Positions 10,897-25,000 are shown, counted from the stretch's first letter. The stretch: 64,000 nucleotides of DNA from Octopus sinensis (GCF_006345805.1 NC_043002.1:73470001-73534000), one strand, 5' to 3'. The notes: generated from the letters alone by a model not told the origin. Numbers and translations are program-made.

Positions 10897-13290
10897 GTGT
10901 GTGTGTGTGTCGTTTTAACGGTTAAACTAAAAGGTTAAAATAATAGCGTATATTGGGTTCAAAACCCCTTTAGGCTGCTAGTGGAACACGAAGCTATATC
11001 TTCTGTAAACATGGCAGCCGTTCTATCATGAGACGAAGCAATCCTTCGAGTTTCTTTAACCAGTTTAGAAACTTTATTCTTAACAGCCTTTGATTTTTTG
11101 CAACCAAAGATTTTTAACCGAATATTACCTATAGCATTATCTACTTCAAGTTCAAAAGTTAAAAACGTATTATTTCACGTTCTCTCAACGCTTCAAAATT
11201 CTTATGACATAAACTATACATACACACATATACATACGCTTACGTATACACATACACACATGTATATATTATTGATATAGTACTAATATATTACTGTGAT
11301 AAATAATAAGAAAAATAAGAAAACGTCACATTACAAGAAATTTAAGTAGAATGTGTGCTACAATAATTCTGAAGTATTGCTTGAATTACGTGTCATCATC
11401 ATGTCAGTCTATTTAAATTGTCTTTAACTCCGAAGCAAGTTTAAAGAAAAATATTGAATCGTTTTAATCCTTCTATGATTCTATATCTTTCGTTGAAGCA
11501 GTTATACTGTGAACATTACTTCTCAGTTGCCCACACCAAATGTTGCTAGTGACTACAAAGAAATAAAATTGAAACTTGCATTATTTTGGTAAATGCTTAC
11601 TGCAGCATCCATTGGTTAAGATCGATCATTAATCTGTACGTGTATGAACAGGGATGGGAAAGATCTTTTAAAGAAGACGTGGGGGGAAGAAACTAATAGC
11701 TGGTTATGCTTGAGTCTTTTCTCTCCACGCCACCGATTCCATCCAAGGGAAAGACCATCGACGTGAACCGATTCAGTTTGTCACTTGTATCGTCGCAAAT
11801 ATAATTGCAAATGCGAAAATGATGTGTTATCTAACACATCAAAGTGATATGTAATGGGGTTCCCTATAAAATAGTTTCTATGTTCTGAGTATTGGGTTGT
11901 TAGATAAATTCGTTCGCCGTTTTTTTCTTTCATTTTAATTCTTATTTCATCAATAATTTTGAAAAAATGATCAAAAATAAATTCTCCTCACCAACTTTCT
12001 AATAGCTTGTTAGTGTCTTGACAGTAGAAATCACCGCATCTTGATTCAAATAACATTGGAAAGAAACGAACGAATTTATCTGAAAAATCAATATCTATAG
12101 AAATTATTCCTAAACACTTGGCACTCAAACTTGACAAACTCTTCCTGATATTTTGTTTCACTCTGTACAACTAAAGCGTGATTCCGGATTCGTACGCCAT
12201 GAATAAACGGGAGTTTTGTATTTAATTCAATAGCGTTTTTTTTTCTTTGCTTTGCCTGTTGTTGAGTGTGTTTGTGGGTGTAATATGATATTTTGTTTTT
12301 GTAATTAGGGACTAAGTTCATATAAAGCACGCAGCGTAGCTTGAGTTTATTTTTATAAAATTCGAGAAACAAGTTCAACTCTGTGACTACTCAGTTGCTG
12401 GTCCTCGTTTTAATTTCTTGCTCTATGCTGTGCGGAGAAACCTCGGGCTTAGTGATGTTTTCCCCAAGAAATGGGACACAAAAGAGCGTCTATGTCGTAC
12501 TTCGCTCAGCTAGAAGTAACAGACAAATCTTATTCTGATCACAACAAAATAGAGGGACACACTTGGAAAATCCCTAAGACGATAGAATTGTCACTCTTGG
12601 AATGCCTTTCATTATAAATATGCTGCACGATTATACTTGACCTGGGCTAAACTATTCAGCCCCCCCCCCACACACACACACCGTTTCTTTGTTTTCTGAC
12701 GAGAGCTAAATATTATAGTTAAGAAGAATGAGAGTAAGTGTTTGCCAAGTCTTTCCTTAAAACAGTTGTAGCGTCGGTAAAGTGAAGCGGTTGGAACTTA
12801 GAAGTGAAAATACTTTGCAATCTCTTTTTGCTTGGAGTTTACCGCTTTCTCTACAATGGCTCCCACTTCTGTTTCGCATTATCGCGCACAGGAGGATTAA
12901 ATTTTACAAAAATATGACTGTTACGCTTCAAAAAGAAAGTTAAAAATCAAACCGTTTTAAAGTTTAAATAATATAGGAAAAATGCAGAAATCTACTGCTC
13001 GACTTGTTTTATAAATCAAACGTGTGTGTGTGTGTGTGTGTGTATGTGTGTGTGTAACAAAATCATAAATAACAATTTTTCAAATCACTTCAAGAATTGG
13101 TGTGAATTTTTAAAATCCTGGGTTAATATTTTTAAAAGTTCACGGTGCGTCAATAGATCGTCACCTAATGTTAGAGAACGGCAGTGGCACTGAATATACC
13201 ACAGAATTCTAAGAATTTTGTTTGACCATTAAATTCACTCAGGTATATTAATCATCGTCACCACTACCATCACTAACAACAACAACAAGT

Positions 13291-13480
13291 GGAGGCGCAA
13301 TGGCCCAGTGGTTAGGGCAGCAGACTCACGGTCGTAAGAACGTGGTTTCGATTCCCAGACCGGGCGTTGTGAGTGTTTATTGAGCAAAAACGACTAATCT
13401 TCACGAGGCTCCGGCGGGGTGAGGTGGTGAACCCCGCTGTATTCTTTCACCACAACTTTCTCTCACTCTTTTTTTCTACT
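13291..13480 (+). mobile_element. tRNA-derived SINE, family C (5' part); fuller copies 26571-26871 (+), 39810-40115 (-), 41173-41480 (-), head at 28030-28115 (-)
   Basis: GGAGGCGCAATGGCCCAGTGGTTAGGGCAG...GGTTTCGATTCCCAGACCGGGCG tRNA-like head with shared body. Confidence 0.8.
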
Positions 13481-13984
13481 TCTGCCGCAAAGCAGAGGAA
13501 CCATGGTGTAACCCACTATGGTGTGGTAGACTTTCAGACCCTAGTCTAGATTGCGAATCCTCTGTACCCCAGGATGGTTCAGCTTTTCACCCGTTAAAAG
13601 CCACCGTTTACGGAATGAGGATAACAACGTAGCTTTCGCGCCCGTGTAACCGCCAATCTATCGCGTGTGGTAGGTGGATTTTCAAGTTGTCACACGCATT
13701 CTTAGTAGCTTAAAGTAGGCTCGAATTAGAGATTATTCTTTGTAGCTAATGGCGTGAGTCCTGATTGGAAGAAGAAGAAGAAGAAGAACATTATTTTATG
13801 ACATACACACATACACACACATATATATATATAGACATACATATGTATAAAGAAAATAAAAAATGGAACAAGAACCTGACAGGCGACAACAAAACATCCA
13901 GACAGTTAGATGATACAAAAAGGACAGGAAAAAACAAGGATCGGTCATTCGGAGCTTCCTTCCTATCCTCAGTCGAGTTCCATA

Positions 13985-14202
13985 CGAGGGGGTGCTGAAA
14001 AGTTCCTGGCTTTAAGGGTATCACGAAAGGCCTAGTTGGAGACCCAATGATTCAGGTTCTTTTACAGGGCTAAGAAGACTGAAGGACCGCTGCAATAAGT
14101 GTGTGAATCTGAGAGAGGAATACGTTGAATAAAATCATAATTAACAACTGATCCTCCTGTATTTTCTTTTACCCAAGCCAGGAACTTTTCAGCACACCTT
14201 CG
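13985..14202 (+). mobile_element. Mariner-derived MITE
   Basis: TIRs CGAGGGGGTGCTGAAAAGTTCCTGGCTT / AAGCCAGGAACTTTTCAGCACACCTTCG, flanked by TA on both sides; interior ends with a KCVNLR.EYVE* remnant typical of mariner C-termini. Confidence 0.85.
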
Positions 14203-14252
<50 letters not shown>

Positions 14253-14349
14253 TAATTCAAACAAGAAAACACAGAAAAAAAGAGAAAAAAAACACAGCAA
14301 CGCAGGACGTGGAACAATTAAAGTATTATTGACGCTCAGGGAAGAAGGG

Positions 14350-14382
14350 TTTAACGTTTCGAGCGGAGCTCTTCGTCGGAAA
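14350..14382 (-). ncRNA. Hammerhead-like variant (CCGACGA core); further copies at 29009-29040 (+) and 52025-52057 (-)
   Basis: UUU-CCGACGA-A-GAGC-UCC-GCUC-GAAAC-GUU-AAA; U4 replaced by C in all three copies; embedded in a repeat of about 220 bp (14240-14465, 51920-52135). Confidence 0.45.
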
Positions 14383-14466
14383 CAAGAAGAAGGAAAGATC
14401 CCAAGGAGGGAAGACAGAGGAGAAAATATTTGAGCTGGTGGTGCTCAAGAGATCACATGTATATAT

Positions 14467-14880
14467 ATACTCTTTTACTCTCTCTTTTACTTGTTTCAGT
14501 CATTTGGCTGCGGCCATGCTGGAGCACCGCCTTTTAGTAGAGCAAATCGACCCCAGGACTTATTTTTTGTAAGCCTAGTAATTATTCTATCGGTCTCTTT
14601 TACCGAACCGCTAAGTTACGGGGACGTAAGCACACCACCATCGGTTGTCAAGCGATGTTGGGGGGCGGGGACAAACATATACACACACATACATAGATAT
14701 ATACATATATACGACGGGCTTCTTTCAGTTTCCGTCTACCAAATCCACTCACAAGGCTTTGGTCGGCCCGAGGCTATAGTAGAAGACACTTGCCCAAGGT
14801 GCCACGCAGTGGGACTGAACTCGGAACCATGTGGTTGGTAAGCAAGCTACTCAGCACACAGCCAGTTTGGACATATCTCA
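14467..14880 (-). mobile_element. SINE family B; copies 18295-19005 (-, split by GATA tract), 31912-32215 (-), 41530-41670 (-), 44293-44732 (+), 59995-60192 (+)
   Basis: Shared GGCTGTGTGGTAAGTAGCTTGC..CCACATGGTTCCGGGTTCAGTCCC..TTGGGCAAGTGTCTT head, internal (TG)n and 3' ..GCTCCAGCATGGCCGCAGTC..GACTGAAACAAG. Confidence 0.8.
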
Positions 14881-15435
14881 CAGCGTGCAGCTTATTTCAA
14901 TCAAATCTTTTATGCTTTATTTGCTTCAGTCAATGGACTGCGGCCAACGCCGGGGTAATGCCTTCACTGGTTTAGTCGAACAAATCGTCCCCAGTGCTTA
15001 TTTTTTTAAAGTCCGGTACTTTATTCTACCGATCTTTTTTTTTTTTTTTTTTGCTGAATCCTAAGTTAAGAGGATGTAAATATGCACAAAAACGGAAGGC
15101 GAAAGCAACGCTATCGATAATTTCAAATCAAAGCGGATAAAAGAGAAATATCAAATACTTTAATACATTTAGAGTGAAGTTCTTTCTTCTGCGCTTAGCT
15201 ATATTGGTTTTAGACATTTAAGGACAAGGATGGATTTGAATTTCATGGCATTAATGTTTTCTCAAATGCTTGCCAGGGTAACAGAATAAACTAAGAATCG
15301 AAATTAGACAGCAATTTCAATTCCCATGAGGGTAGTATTTGTTCAACAGTTCTAGTAACACTTTTTAAATACATTACATACAGTTCATTATTATTTCTCT
15401 TTCTCTCTCACTCTCTATCTTTCATATTTTTATAG

Positions 15436-15489
15436 CCAATATGGACATCAACAAAGCTGTCTTGGATGCCGAATCTTTAGTCTTGGGAG
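15436..15489 (+). CDS. Coding exon 2: NMDINKAVLDAESLVLG, phase 1-1
   Basis: Acceptor TTTTTATAG| and donor G|GTAAGT; 54 nt, open frame linking exons 1 and 3. Confidence 0.85.
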
Positions 15490-16833
15490 GTAAGTGCATT
15501 TTATTTGTCTATTGAAAACTTGTTCGGAATAAACTTCAAGATTTTTGTTTAGAAGCTTGAAGCGTTTATAGCGTTATATACGCATAATTATTTGGTGTTA
15601 TAGTAAGTATTTAAGTATTCTAACCACTTCTGATTTATATTTGAAGCCGTCCCACTCTTGGAAAATGCAGGAACATTCCAAAATTGCACTTTACTTTAGT
15701 CGTCTTCGTTTATTCCTGTGCAAGAAAACTTGCTTATTCACAGTGCTATTTAATAGACACCAACAAGTGTACTAGTATATAACAGGTAGTTATATACATA
15801 CATATATACACATATGATATTCCAAAAATATTTTTGTGATAGTCATGCTTTCCCAAAAATTAGTCGTAGTTTAAGTAACCCGAAGAGAAAGTAGCTAAAA
15901 AATATTGTCTTTTAGTCGCATTTGATTTGATACCAAGAACAAGGAGAACAGTAACTAAAATATAATTTCTTGCAGTTTCCATCCAGTTATTGAAAGAGAA
16001 AAGCTAAAGTCGGTTGAATCGGCCCTAATATATAACTGTTACTTATTTAATTGTCTCCGGAGGTATTAAAAGGAATATCAATTTAAACATAAAAAGTATC
16101 TAAAAATATAGTCACACAATTTTTCAAACCCAACAAACGATGGAAGTGAAAAAAGAAGGAATGCTACAAGGGTTATCTGAACAACCCCAATAGCAATGGG
16201 AATGGAAGCCTTTCGTCACCTAGAAGGAGACAAAGTGTGTTCAAAAATGAAAATCGATTTTAGAAAATAGATTATGCTGAAAAAGGAGGAAATAGAGACT
16301 CTTCTCTTGAAAACAACAACAATCAGAACATCGTTTTTTTTTTTATCGAGACTAGGGAAATTTTCAAATAAAACAATAAATGTTAGTTCTATTGATTGCC
16401 GAGTTTTTTTTGGATATCCGAAAATTTAACAATAGGAAATGCAACCATAATACTTGAGCAGAGAGCCAAACGCTTTTCTTGCTCATAGCCTTTAAACCAT
16501 TGTATTCACACGATTATTTGGTGTCTTGGTAAGTATTCGTAGGTTCTAACCAATTCTAATTTGTATCTAAAGCCGTTCCACGCTTGCAAGACGCATAAAC
16601 ATTCCAAATTATTTTTCCTAGGCCCTATTGGTTCATTCCTTTGAAAGATATGCTTCTTGTTCATATTTCTGTTATTTAATTACACACCAACAGGTATGTT
16701 TATAAGTATTTGTATACATTAATATATGCGTAAATGACGAAAATATGGTATTTATCATATAAAAGTTTGACGAGTCTATAAAAGCGATTTTTCTGTGTGT
16801 GAATATTTTCTAATGAATTACTTATTTGTCCAG

Positions 16834-17039
16834 ATGCAGAGCCACAGGCCGCTATTGTTGCGACAATTACAGCAATTGTCACGATTGCTTCTATAATCAG
16901 CAAAGGTAGGGAAATGTTGAAAAATGTGAATGTTAAAGACATCATGAAAACAGAGATCATTCCTTACCATTGTGATTTGGCTCAATCCTACGGTAACCTT
17001 ACTCACACTATCTTTGAAGAGATGGATAACGAACTTAAG
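16834..17039 (+). CDS. Coding exon 3: (D)AEPQAAIVATITAIVTIASIISKGREMLKNVNVKDIMKTEIIPYHCDLAQSYGNLTHTIFEEMDNELK, phase 1-0
   Basis: Acceptor TTATTTGTCCAG| and donor AAG|GTGAGA; 206 nt with no stop in the required frame. Confidence 0.9.
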
Positions 17040-17501
17040 GTGAGAAACAATGTTATCATAAGATTATCTTAACGTTATTCTTTATTCTAATTGTGACATA
17101 GCATTGCTATATATTGGATTTTTGTTACAGAAGAAAGAAAAGGAAAGACAACAACGATATGTCATTACATCATTATTTTAAATGTTTCATTCAATCATTC
17201 TAGTGCTGAGTCAGCTATATTCTGTTTTATGTTTTATGCAAGGCAGAGTAAGAGAGAAAGAGAGGAAAAGTGAGAAAGAGAGAAAAATACATGGGCAGGA
17301 GGCTAGCATATATCTGAACAATGCAGGTGACTCATAATGATGAGACACATAAGCTTGATTTATAATAAAATTTCTTTAATAAATATGCTCCTTTCAGTCC
17401 TGGTTATATCTTTTCTAATTGCATTCACTTTCGAGTGAGAGACAAGACGTTAAACGTTAGATTCTGAACTGCTCGCAGTAACTGAACTTGTCAATCTTTT
17501 A

Positions 17502-17876
17502 TCTCTCTATATATAAACGGCAGTTTGTCTGTGTGTGTTTCTGTGTGTCTGTTTGGTTGTACCCTCACCCTGACCACTGCTTTCAACCGATTTTGATGAA
17601 ACTTGACACACACATAGCCCAATGTCATAATTCAAAACTAATTTTGAAAAGTTCCCCCAGTTCTGAAAAAAATCGATAAATTCGACATGGGGTCGAGAAT
17701 CAGAAACACAAACCACAGACTGTCTAGGGGACGCAACTCGACCTTTTTTTACTCTCAAAAAAAATTTACCATCATTTTGTTTCCATTTTTTTTGCTATTT
17801 TTTGGCTATAACTCTCTAAAAATGCTTTATAGTTATTTCCCTTACAAACCTGAGCAACGCCGGGCGATACTGCTAG
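17502..17876 (+). mobile_element. Non-autonomous Helitron
   Basis: Inserted between A and T; starts TCTCTCTATATATAAAC, ends with subterminal hairpin-like CCTGAGCAACGCCGGG then ..GCTAG; no target duplication. Confidence 0.7.
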
Positions 17877-18514
17877 TATTGACTAAATGTCATTTCAACA
17901 GATCATCGGCATCTTCATCATTGCTTTATATTGATCATTATTAATAAGAATCCTGGGGGAAAACAAAATCTTTTCCATAAACACGATATACAAAAAGAAG
18001 TCTTCTTCAAGTTCGCAAGCTTATGACACAGGAACTTATTTAGATTTCTAAAGCCACTGAAACGACAAGCCCTTCTCTGAACGTGGAGCTAGTTTTCCGC
18101 ACAATTAAATTCCCATCCAGCTACTGCTGGTACTCATTTTCTGCAAAATAGACAAGGGCAAGATGAAGAGAAGTGTATTGCTCAAGGGCTCAACGCGTCG
18201 CCCGATATAGGAATCGAATACATACAATGTAATATGCTAAGCTTTAACTGAATTCGAACTCTCACAACTTTCGCAACTTGCCCATTATTTCTTATATTAG
18301 TTTATTTGTTTCAGTCATTTAACTGCAATCATACTGAAGAACCGCCTTGGGGGATTTTAGTCGAACAAATCGACCTTTTTTAAGTCCTTACTTATTCTAT
18401 CGGTTTCTTTTGCCGAACCACTAAGTTACGGAGACGTAAACATAGCAACACAAGTTCTCAAGCAGTGATGGGGGGGGACAAACACAGATAAAATGACACA
18501 CACATCATTCAAAG

Positions 18515-18553
18515 ATAGACAGACAGACAGGCAGGCAGGAGGCATACAAGCAT

Positions 18554-18629
<76 letters not shown>

Positions 18630-18630
18630 G

Positions 18631-18711
<81 letters not shown>

Positions 18712-18761
18712 GGATAGATAGACAGATAGATAGATAGATAGATAGAGATAGATAGATAGAT

Positions 18762-18856
<95 letters not shown>
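18515..18856. repeat. (GATA)n/(GACA)n microsatellite
   Basis: Direct reading. Confidence 0.95.
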
Positions 18857-19550
18857 CGACGGGCTGCTTTCAGTTTCTGTATTCCGAATCCACTTACAAG
18901 GCTCTGGTCGGCCCGAGGCTATAATAAAAGACACTTGCCCAAGGTGCCATGCAGTGGAACCGAACCCAGAGCCATGTGGTTGTGAATCAAGCTTCTTCCA
19001 CACAGCTTAAGATTGAATAGCTAAACCCCATCCCACCCACTTAAAGAGAAAAACAGAAAAGGTTTGAACCTGTGTGAGTGAGGGAAATGATATGACGGGA
19101 AGGATTAAACAGATTCTACTATGAAAAGATTGTTTGATACAGAAAATGTTCTTCCTTTGCTTTATTTTAATTATTTTTTTTTTTACTGATGTTCTTGAAA
19201 TCGGTAACTAATTCTTTTCTTTCTCCAGACCAAATTTATATGCTATTAAACACAGCCCTAACTATATTCATGCACTAGTAAATTCCAAAGCAACTTAATC
19301 AAGTAATGAAAGGTGTCTACTCAATATCACTATTTTGAATAAATAATTCATCTCATTTGAAACTGACATTTAAGTATGATTAAACAGTTAAATCATATTA
19401 TTCTTTCTTGAAACCTCAAGACAACAAATTCTTCACATTTTCGATCTATTTGATGAAATATTATATATCTCAGAGAGAAGACACTTTTATTAAATGTTTA
19501 TTACAATTTTAGAAAAGCCTAACGTTTAAAAATGTATTCTTTTGTTGCAG

Positions 19551-19751
19551 GTTATGATCGGAGCAAGTAAAATATCTTTGGATAGACTTCACAAGGAAGC
19601 AAATGAGAGAGAAGTGAAATTTGAAGAATACGTAGCGACATTAACACAAAACCCCTTTTTAGAAACCGCAGAAGATGGAGCGTTTTTTAACCAAGATTTC
19701 CAAGGTTTTGAATCATTTGGTATATCTACCGGTGGTTACGATAGAGCAATT
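19551..19751 (+). CDS. Coding exon 4: VMIGASKISLDRLHKEANEREVKFEEYVATLTQNPFLETAEDGAFFNQDFQGFESFGISTGGYDRAI, phase 0-0
   Basis: Acceptor TTCTTTTGTTGCAG| and donor ATT|GTAAGT; lies inside ORF-track entry 19542..19787. Confidence 0.9.
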
Positions 19752-22121
19752 GTAAGTTCAGAATTGAAATTAAGTATTATCAATTAAAGTGTTTATATTA
19801 CTCCCATCTGAAGACGTTAGAATCTCGTATTGAGTGAAAGCCGACAGATTGTCGTTTAGAACACTTGTTGCGTTTCAACTGAATTGAAGCACGTCTTTGA
19901 AGCTGATTAAATTCCCTTCCCTTTATGTTTCTAATCAGTTGATAACATTTAACTACACAGGATAAAAAAAGAAAAGAAAGAAAAAGAGGTGGGTAATCAG
20001 CAGAAGGTGGGGGTGGAGAGGGCAATGACCGCACACCAGAACAAATGGCGTTCTCAGCCGCGCCCCGCGGTCATAATTGTTCTAGCAACAGTAAAACAGG
20101 TAAAAAAGATTTTTACAGCTTGACACACGATTGGAAATAACCAGTTGTTACATACACATCGTTTTGTATCTCATATAGCTTTAAGGTAATGACCACTCAT
20201 TGACAGTTGCAGTGAGCATAGAAATTATTTTCTTGCTAGTGAGCCACAAAAATTCATATATTCTTCGTAGTTCGGGGTCTATGTTTTAAAAATAACAACA
20301 ACAAAAAAACTGTCGTTCATTAATAGTGATGAGCACCATAGCACAAGTAATAAGTTTGAGAAATAAATCACATACTTTGCTAATGTTCCTGAGAAAGTTA
20401 AAACCCTATAACTATTTCTCAACTTCTAAAAGGTCAACAGGCTGATTACTCGGTGAATACTCCAAACAGTTGCTCTTTTACTGCATGGGATAAATAAACA
20501 TTTACTATGGATCCTTTAATGGCACGTGGGTAAAGGTCAATTTTCAAAATATCGATTTTATTGCACAAACTTTACACCAAAATTGTTTCTGGACTTCAGT
20601 TATATTCTCGCAAGAATGTATACTAAAATATTATGTCCTACTTTCTTGATATCAGATATATTTCTTTCTAGGTAGACAGACGATTCTCTAACCAATCATT
20701 AGATTTAATTCTTACCTTAACACTAGATATTTATTTAAATTGTGAGAAATAAAAGTGTGAATGTTCAATAAGATCAATGGTAATATAAGTAATATAAGAT
20801 AGCTATAAATTATTACTATATACTCATGAAATACCTACCACTAAGTTATGTTTAATAATTACATATCATTTTTATTGTATTAATATAATTGATGCATCAA
20901 GATAAGGAACAGGCAAAAATAGGGCAAAAACAAAAACAGACAAAAACAAAATCACCGAACAATATTACCAGAAGTCAATATAATTACGCTATCAAGATAA
21001 AGAAGAGAAATGGACGTTTTAAAGTTGTCCATAGTTAAGATAAAAGGAAGGAAATGAAAAAGAAAAGACGGAAGGAAAATATATGCTGGGTCAGAGACAA
21101 AGCATGGTGAAATAGCACACGGGAAGTGAGTAAATAAGGTGTTTTTTAATATAGAAGAGCAAGCGTGTGATAAAGGGTATATAAACGTCATAAGCATGGG
21201 AGGGTAATGAAGTTTGTATGAGGTATGTTTATGCGTGTGAGATTGTGTGCATCTGTTTATGTGAGATCGAATAGAGAGTGAAATGTGAGAGAGATTATGT
21301 ACGGATGTGTGTATGTCTATGTAATGGTAGAGAATAAATGTGTTGTAGTATAAGTAATGCACTATGTTACGTGGGTGGTATGAGCAAAGCGACACTGTGT
21401 GGAGGAGTGGATGTGTAGTGGGGAGATAGTGAGGTGGTGTGTGAATGTATGTGTATGTGTGCATGTATTAACTAGTGGAGCTTAAATATGTGATTTACCT
21501 GTGATCTTACGTGTGTGGTCTGAACAAGTGTTGTAGTGCGTGGTTAGATATGTGAGAAAAGATAGTGAGAAGTGCATGTGTATGAGAGGATAGAATAAAG
21601 CAAATCAGTTACTGATAGGGAAGTTGCGCTTAAACAGAAAATTAATTGTTGATTGAGATGAATCCGGGATCAGGAGACCACAGTTTTGTATAATAGTCCT
21701 CCAAACAGCAAAATGCAGATGAGTGTGGCCTAGTAAATTGCAGTGGCGATTTACTGAGTGATACGGTATTGTTGCTTTAGAGGTCCGACAAATATTCGCT
21801 AAAATCATTAGTCAATATATTGTTTCAAACTTGTTCTAAATTTGTGAGAAAACCTGTTCATTAGAAATCAGGTTTTTATGAATGGATTCAACAACTTTGA
21901 ATTTGCAACTAGCAACATTACTTTTTCTTTTCTTCCTTCCTTCCTTTCTTTCTTTATTTATTTTTCTTTATCCAGTATTTAAATTAATGTTCCTTTAAAA
22001 CGAGAAAAAATTTAGATTCAAATATTGATTTACTCTTATGAAAACTATGTATTTATCTCATATTATAAGCGCCCTGTTAAGTAAAAAGAAAAAACCCCAA
22101 ATTATGCCATCTATATTTTAG

Positions 22122-22340
22122 GCTGAGCAAGCAAGATCTTGGTTTATCAATCTGGTTCAAGATAAAGATATTCTTGACAGCTCCAAAATAGAGATAGAAG
22201 ATTTTGTTAACATCGTTTCTGCTTCCGGTGCAGCCGTAGAATGCTTTGCAACACTGTTTTACAAGAAAATTCGTGTCGAACGTAGAGTTGTTGATCTTGG
22301 TGTTGTTCGATATCCCGATCTGGAGAACCCCTTCCTCAAG
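22122..22340 (+). CDS. Coding exon 5: AEQARSWFINLVQDKDILDSSKIEIEDFVNIVSASGAAVECFATLFYKKIRVERRVVDLGVVRYPDLENPFLK, phase 0-0
   Basis: Acceptor CTATATTTTAG| and donor AAG|GTATGT; 219 nt open frame with protein-like composition. Confidence 0.9.
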
Positions 22341-22762
22341 GTATGTATTTCTAAGTTATTTAATACTAAAATAGACTGCACAATTGCGGTAAATTCTGAA
22401 AACCTCATATTATCAACTCTTATGTTTACTTTGGGCAACGGTATACCATCTAAATGGGTTTTGTCATTTGAGGTGATCAAATAAAGCCCAGAACAGGCAA
22501 ATGAAATAACTAACGTCTCCTGTTCGACTACCCTATGTTTAGAGTTTTTCTCTCACGATAGTAACTCGAGGCATTGAAAGATATCGTCATTTATTAATGA
22601 ATTAATCAAAGAATAATTTTTCTCGATTGTCGTTTTATATTGTGGTCCTTGTTTTCCGAGTCTGTACTTCTCTTGTTGTATCCGCATATATTCCGTTTTG
22701 AGGTAGCTGACAATAAACTGGAATTGTGACATTGGAATTATTTTCAAATCTCATTTATTTAT

Positions 22763-22828
<66 letters not shown>

Positions 22829-23199
22829 ACATACACACACGCATGCACACACATGCATGCACACATATATAACACACCCAGCAAACAGACAGATAAACAG
22901 ACAAGCAAGCAGACAGACTGACAAATAGACAGGCAAATAAACAGATATACTTAGACTACTTATTGGAGACTTTTATCTAGTGCTTTTTGTATGTAATATT
23001 TCCATATATTTTAATTGTGATGCATAAACAAGTCCAATTTTTTCAAGTTTCCACGTGTGAAGCTTTTGAGACTGCGTTTATTGAATATTTTTTTTTATTT
23101 CTTTGACTTAAAATGCTAACTTTATATTCTGCTTTATATAATTCTTTGTAACTCTAAATTGATATGCAACACGTGAAACAATAGCAATTCTAACATAAT

Positions 23200-25000
23200 T
23201 GTGCTTTATTCATCAAGAGCGTTGAGGTAAACAACATTTCTTGTCCTGTGGTTTGATGCTCTGAAGAAAAGATGTCTGATTGGCCCAACACGTGAGCATA
23301 CAACATGGAACTGACCATGATAGAAACATGGACTCGTCATTTCGACAGCAGCAGCACTGAGAGACTGCCCTTGAGATATTTTGGTCATAGAAAAAGACTG
23401 TCACTGAAACTGAAGGCACTCGAGATGAAATAGCATATCAGATGAGAAAGATACGTAGAATGAAAACGTCTCTCTTGGAATAACCAGCCATGATGGATGC
23501 TTCCATCACATGGAACATAAACATTTTCACAAGTATTTTACCGTTACAGAATTTTGGTGTATCCAAATTTCGTAAAACACTATGTGTGCGTCTACTTTAG
23601 TTGCAGATCGTGGGGAAAAAACAGCAGAACTGAGAAACTCTGTTGGATAGTTGGCAGTACATCAGTATTCATTCAATCTAGATTAGATTGGTATCTGTTG
23701 AAAGAAGTAACATTAATATCCTGCACAGTGTTATTGTTGAGGGTCAAGATGGCACGATCACAAAACAGACTGAAATTCTGTGAGAGACTAGGATGATATT
23801 TGAGTAGCATTTCTTGAGATGTGTTGATGATTGTTCCTCTATTATTTGGTATTGTGACATCTCTCTACTTGGTATCAAATAGTAGCTGACCATTACCCTC
23901 ACCCCACCCCGCCGCTCTTCGAAATAAAACTTTTGTAAGCTGAGCTGCTGGGGCATCTCTATTAAGGGCGGTGCTCATATATAGATAGTGTTTTCCCCCT
24001 CGTCTCCAAAATATAGGATTATTTGAGAAATGTTCCCACCTCACCAGTAGGTGTACATTTTCGGATATCCATAAGAATTTGCTTGAAATTAACAGGCAAA
24101 CTGTCAGTCTTTCCAAAGGGTACACTTACTGACGAATATGACTTCATCTATAATGTTACCTCTGAGAACGTATAATGTGCGATCGGGAGCCCAATTGTAA
24201 GTCTGGTAGACACTGTGCATCCCTTTCATACTGTCATCTTGACCTCCTTGAGGACTTCTACTTGTGAAAATCCTTTGCCAATATTGCACACAGAACTGTC
24301 ATTGTACCCAAGGTTGAGTTGCAATTTAGGGGCGGATCGAGCAGTTGTCACCTGCGAACGAGGTTACAGCAATTCTAGATGAGGTCACTGAAATAGCAAT
24401 CTGCAGAGTTAACAAAAGTTTACTGAAATTAAGGTGGTAAAAAAAATGGTTTCACCTGTTTCACCAGAACTTCAATGAAAACTTTTCCTCTCTAGGCTTA
24501 CGTCACCAATTGTTTACTTCTTGCAAAAACCTTTTTTATTAAATCTGGAATCAAAAGTGATTCATTTTGGAAAGCATTGTCTTCCATTAATTGACCGTCG
24601 TGGATGATTACCTGAAGAATCTTTCAAATGAGATTTGCAGCTGCAGTTTGTACTTCAACAGACGGACTCTATTATTTAATATCCAGGTCAACCATAAGGA
24701 TACACAATTTTCAATGAGGACAAGAACACGGTCGTACACGGTAGAGGTAAACAGTTAATTCGTGTTATTTTACTCTTGTCACACTTGATACAATAGATTT
24801 TTTTGTCATCCTCCCCTAGTGATTATGACAATTTTTGTAAGCAGACACAGAAAATGATGACAAAGAAGTTCTTAATCTTGCTTGAACAATGCAAGACAGC
24901 AATGTCTTCTAGGGTATTTCTTCTTGTCAGCTTTATCTCGCAAGAGACATCTTCTCTAGCGGTCTACGCAGTTTGTTACACAAAACATATCAAACAACAA
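23200..25000 (-). pseudogene. Heavily decayed LINE-like fragment
   Basis: Coding-like composition; CILMVDLDIK remnant near 24680-24710 resembles the endonuclease GD(L/F)N motif. Boundaries approximate. Confidence 0.3.

Noticed and set aside
11992-12171. Possible minus-strand exon (ORF 11988..12170 with a GTGAG donor)
   Set aside because: Poor polypyrimidine tract, no partner exons and no recognisable motif.
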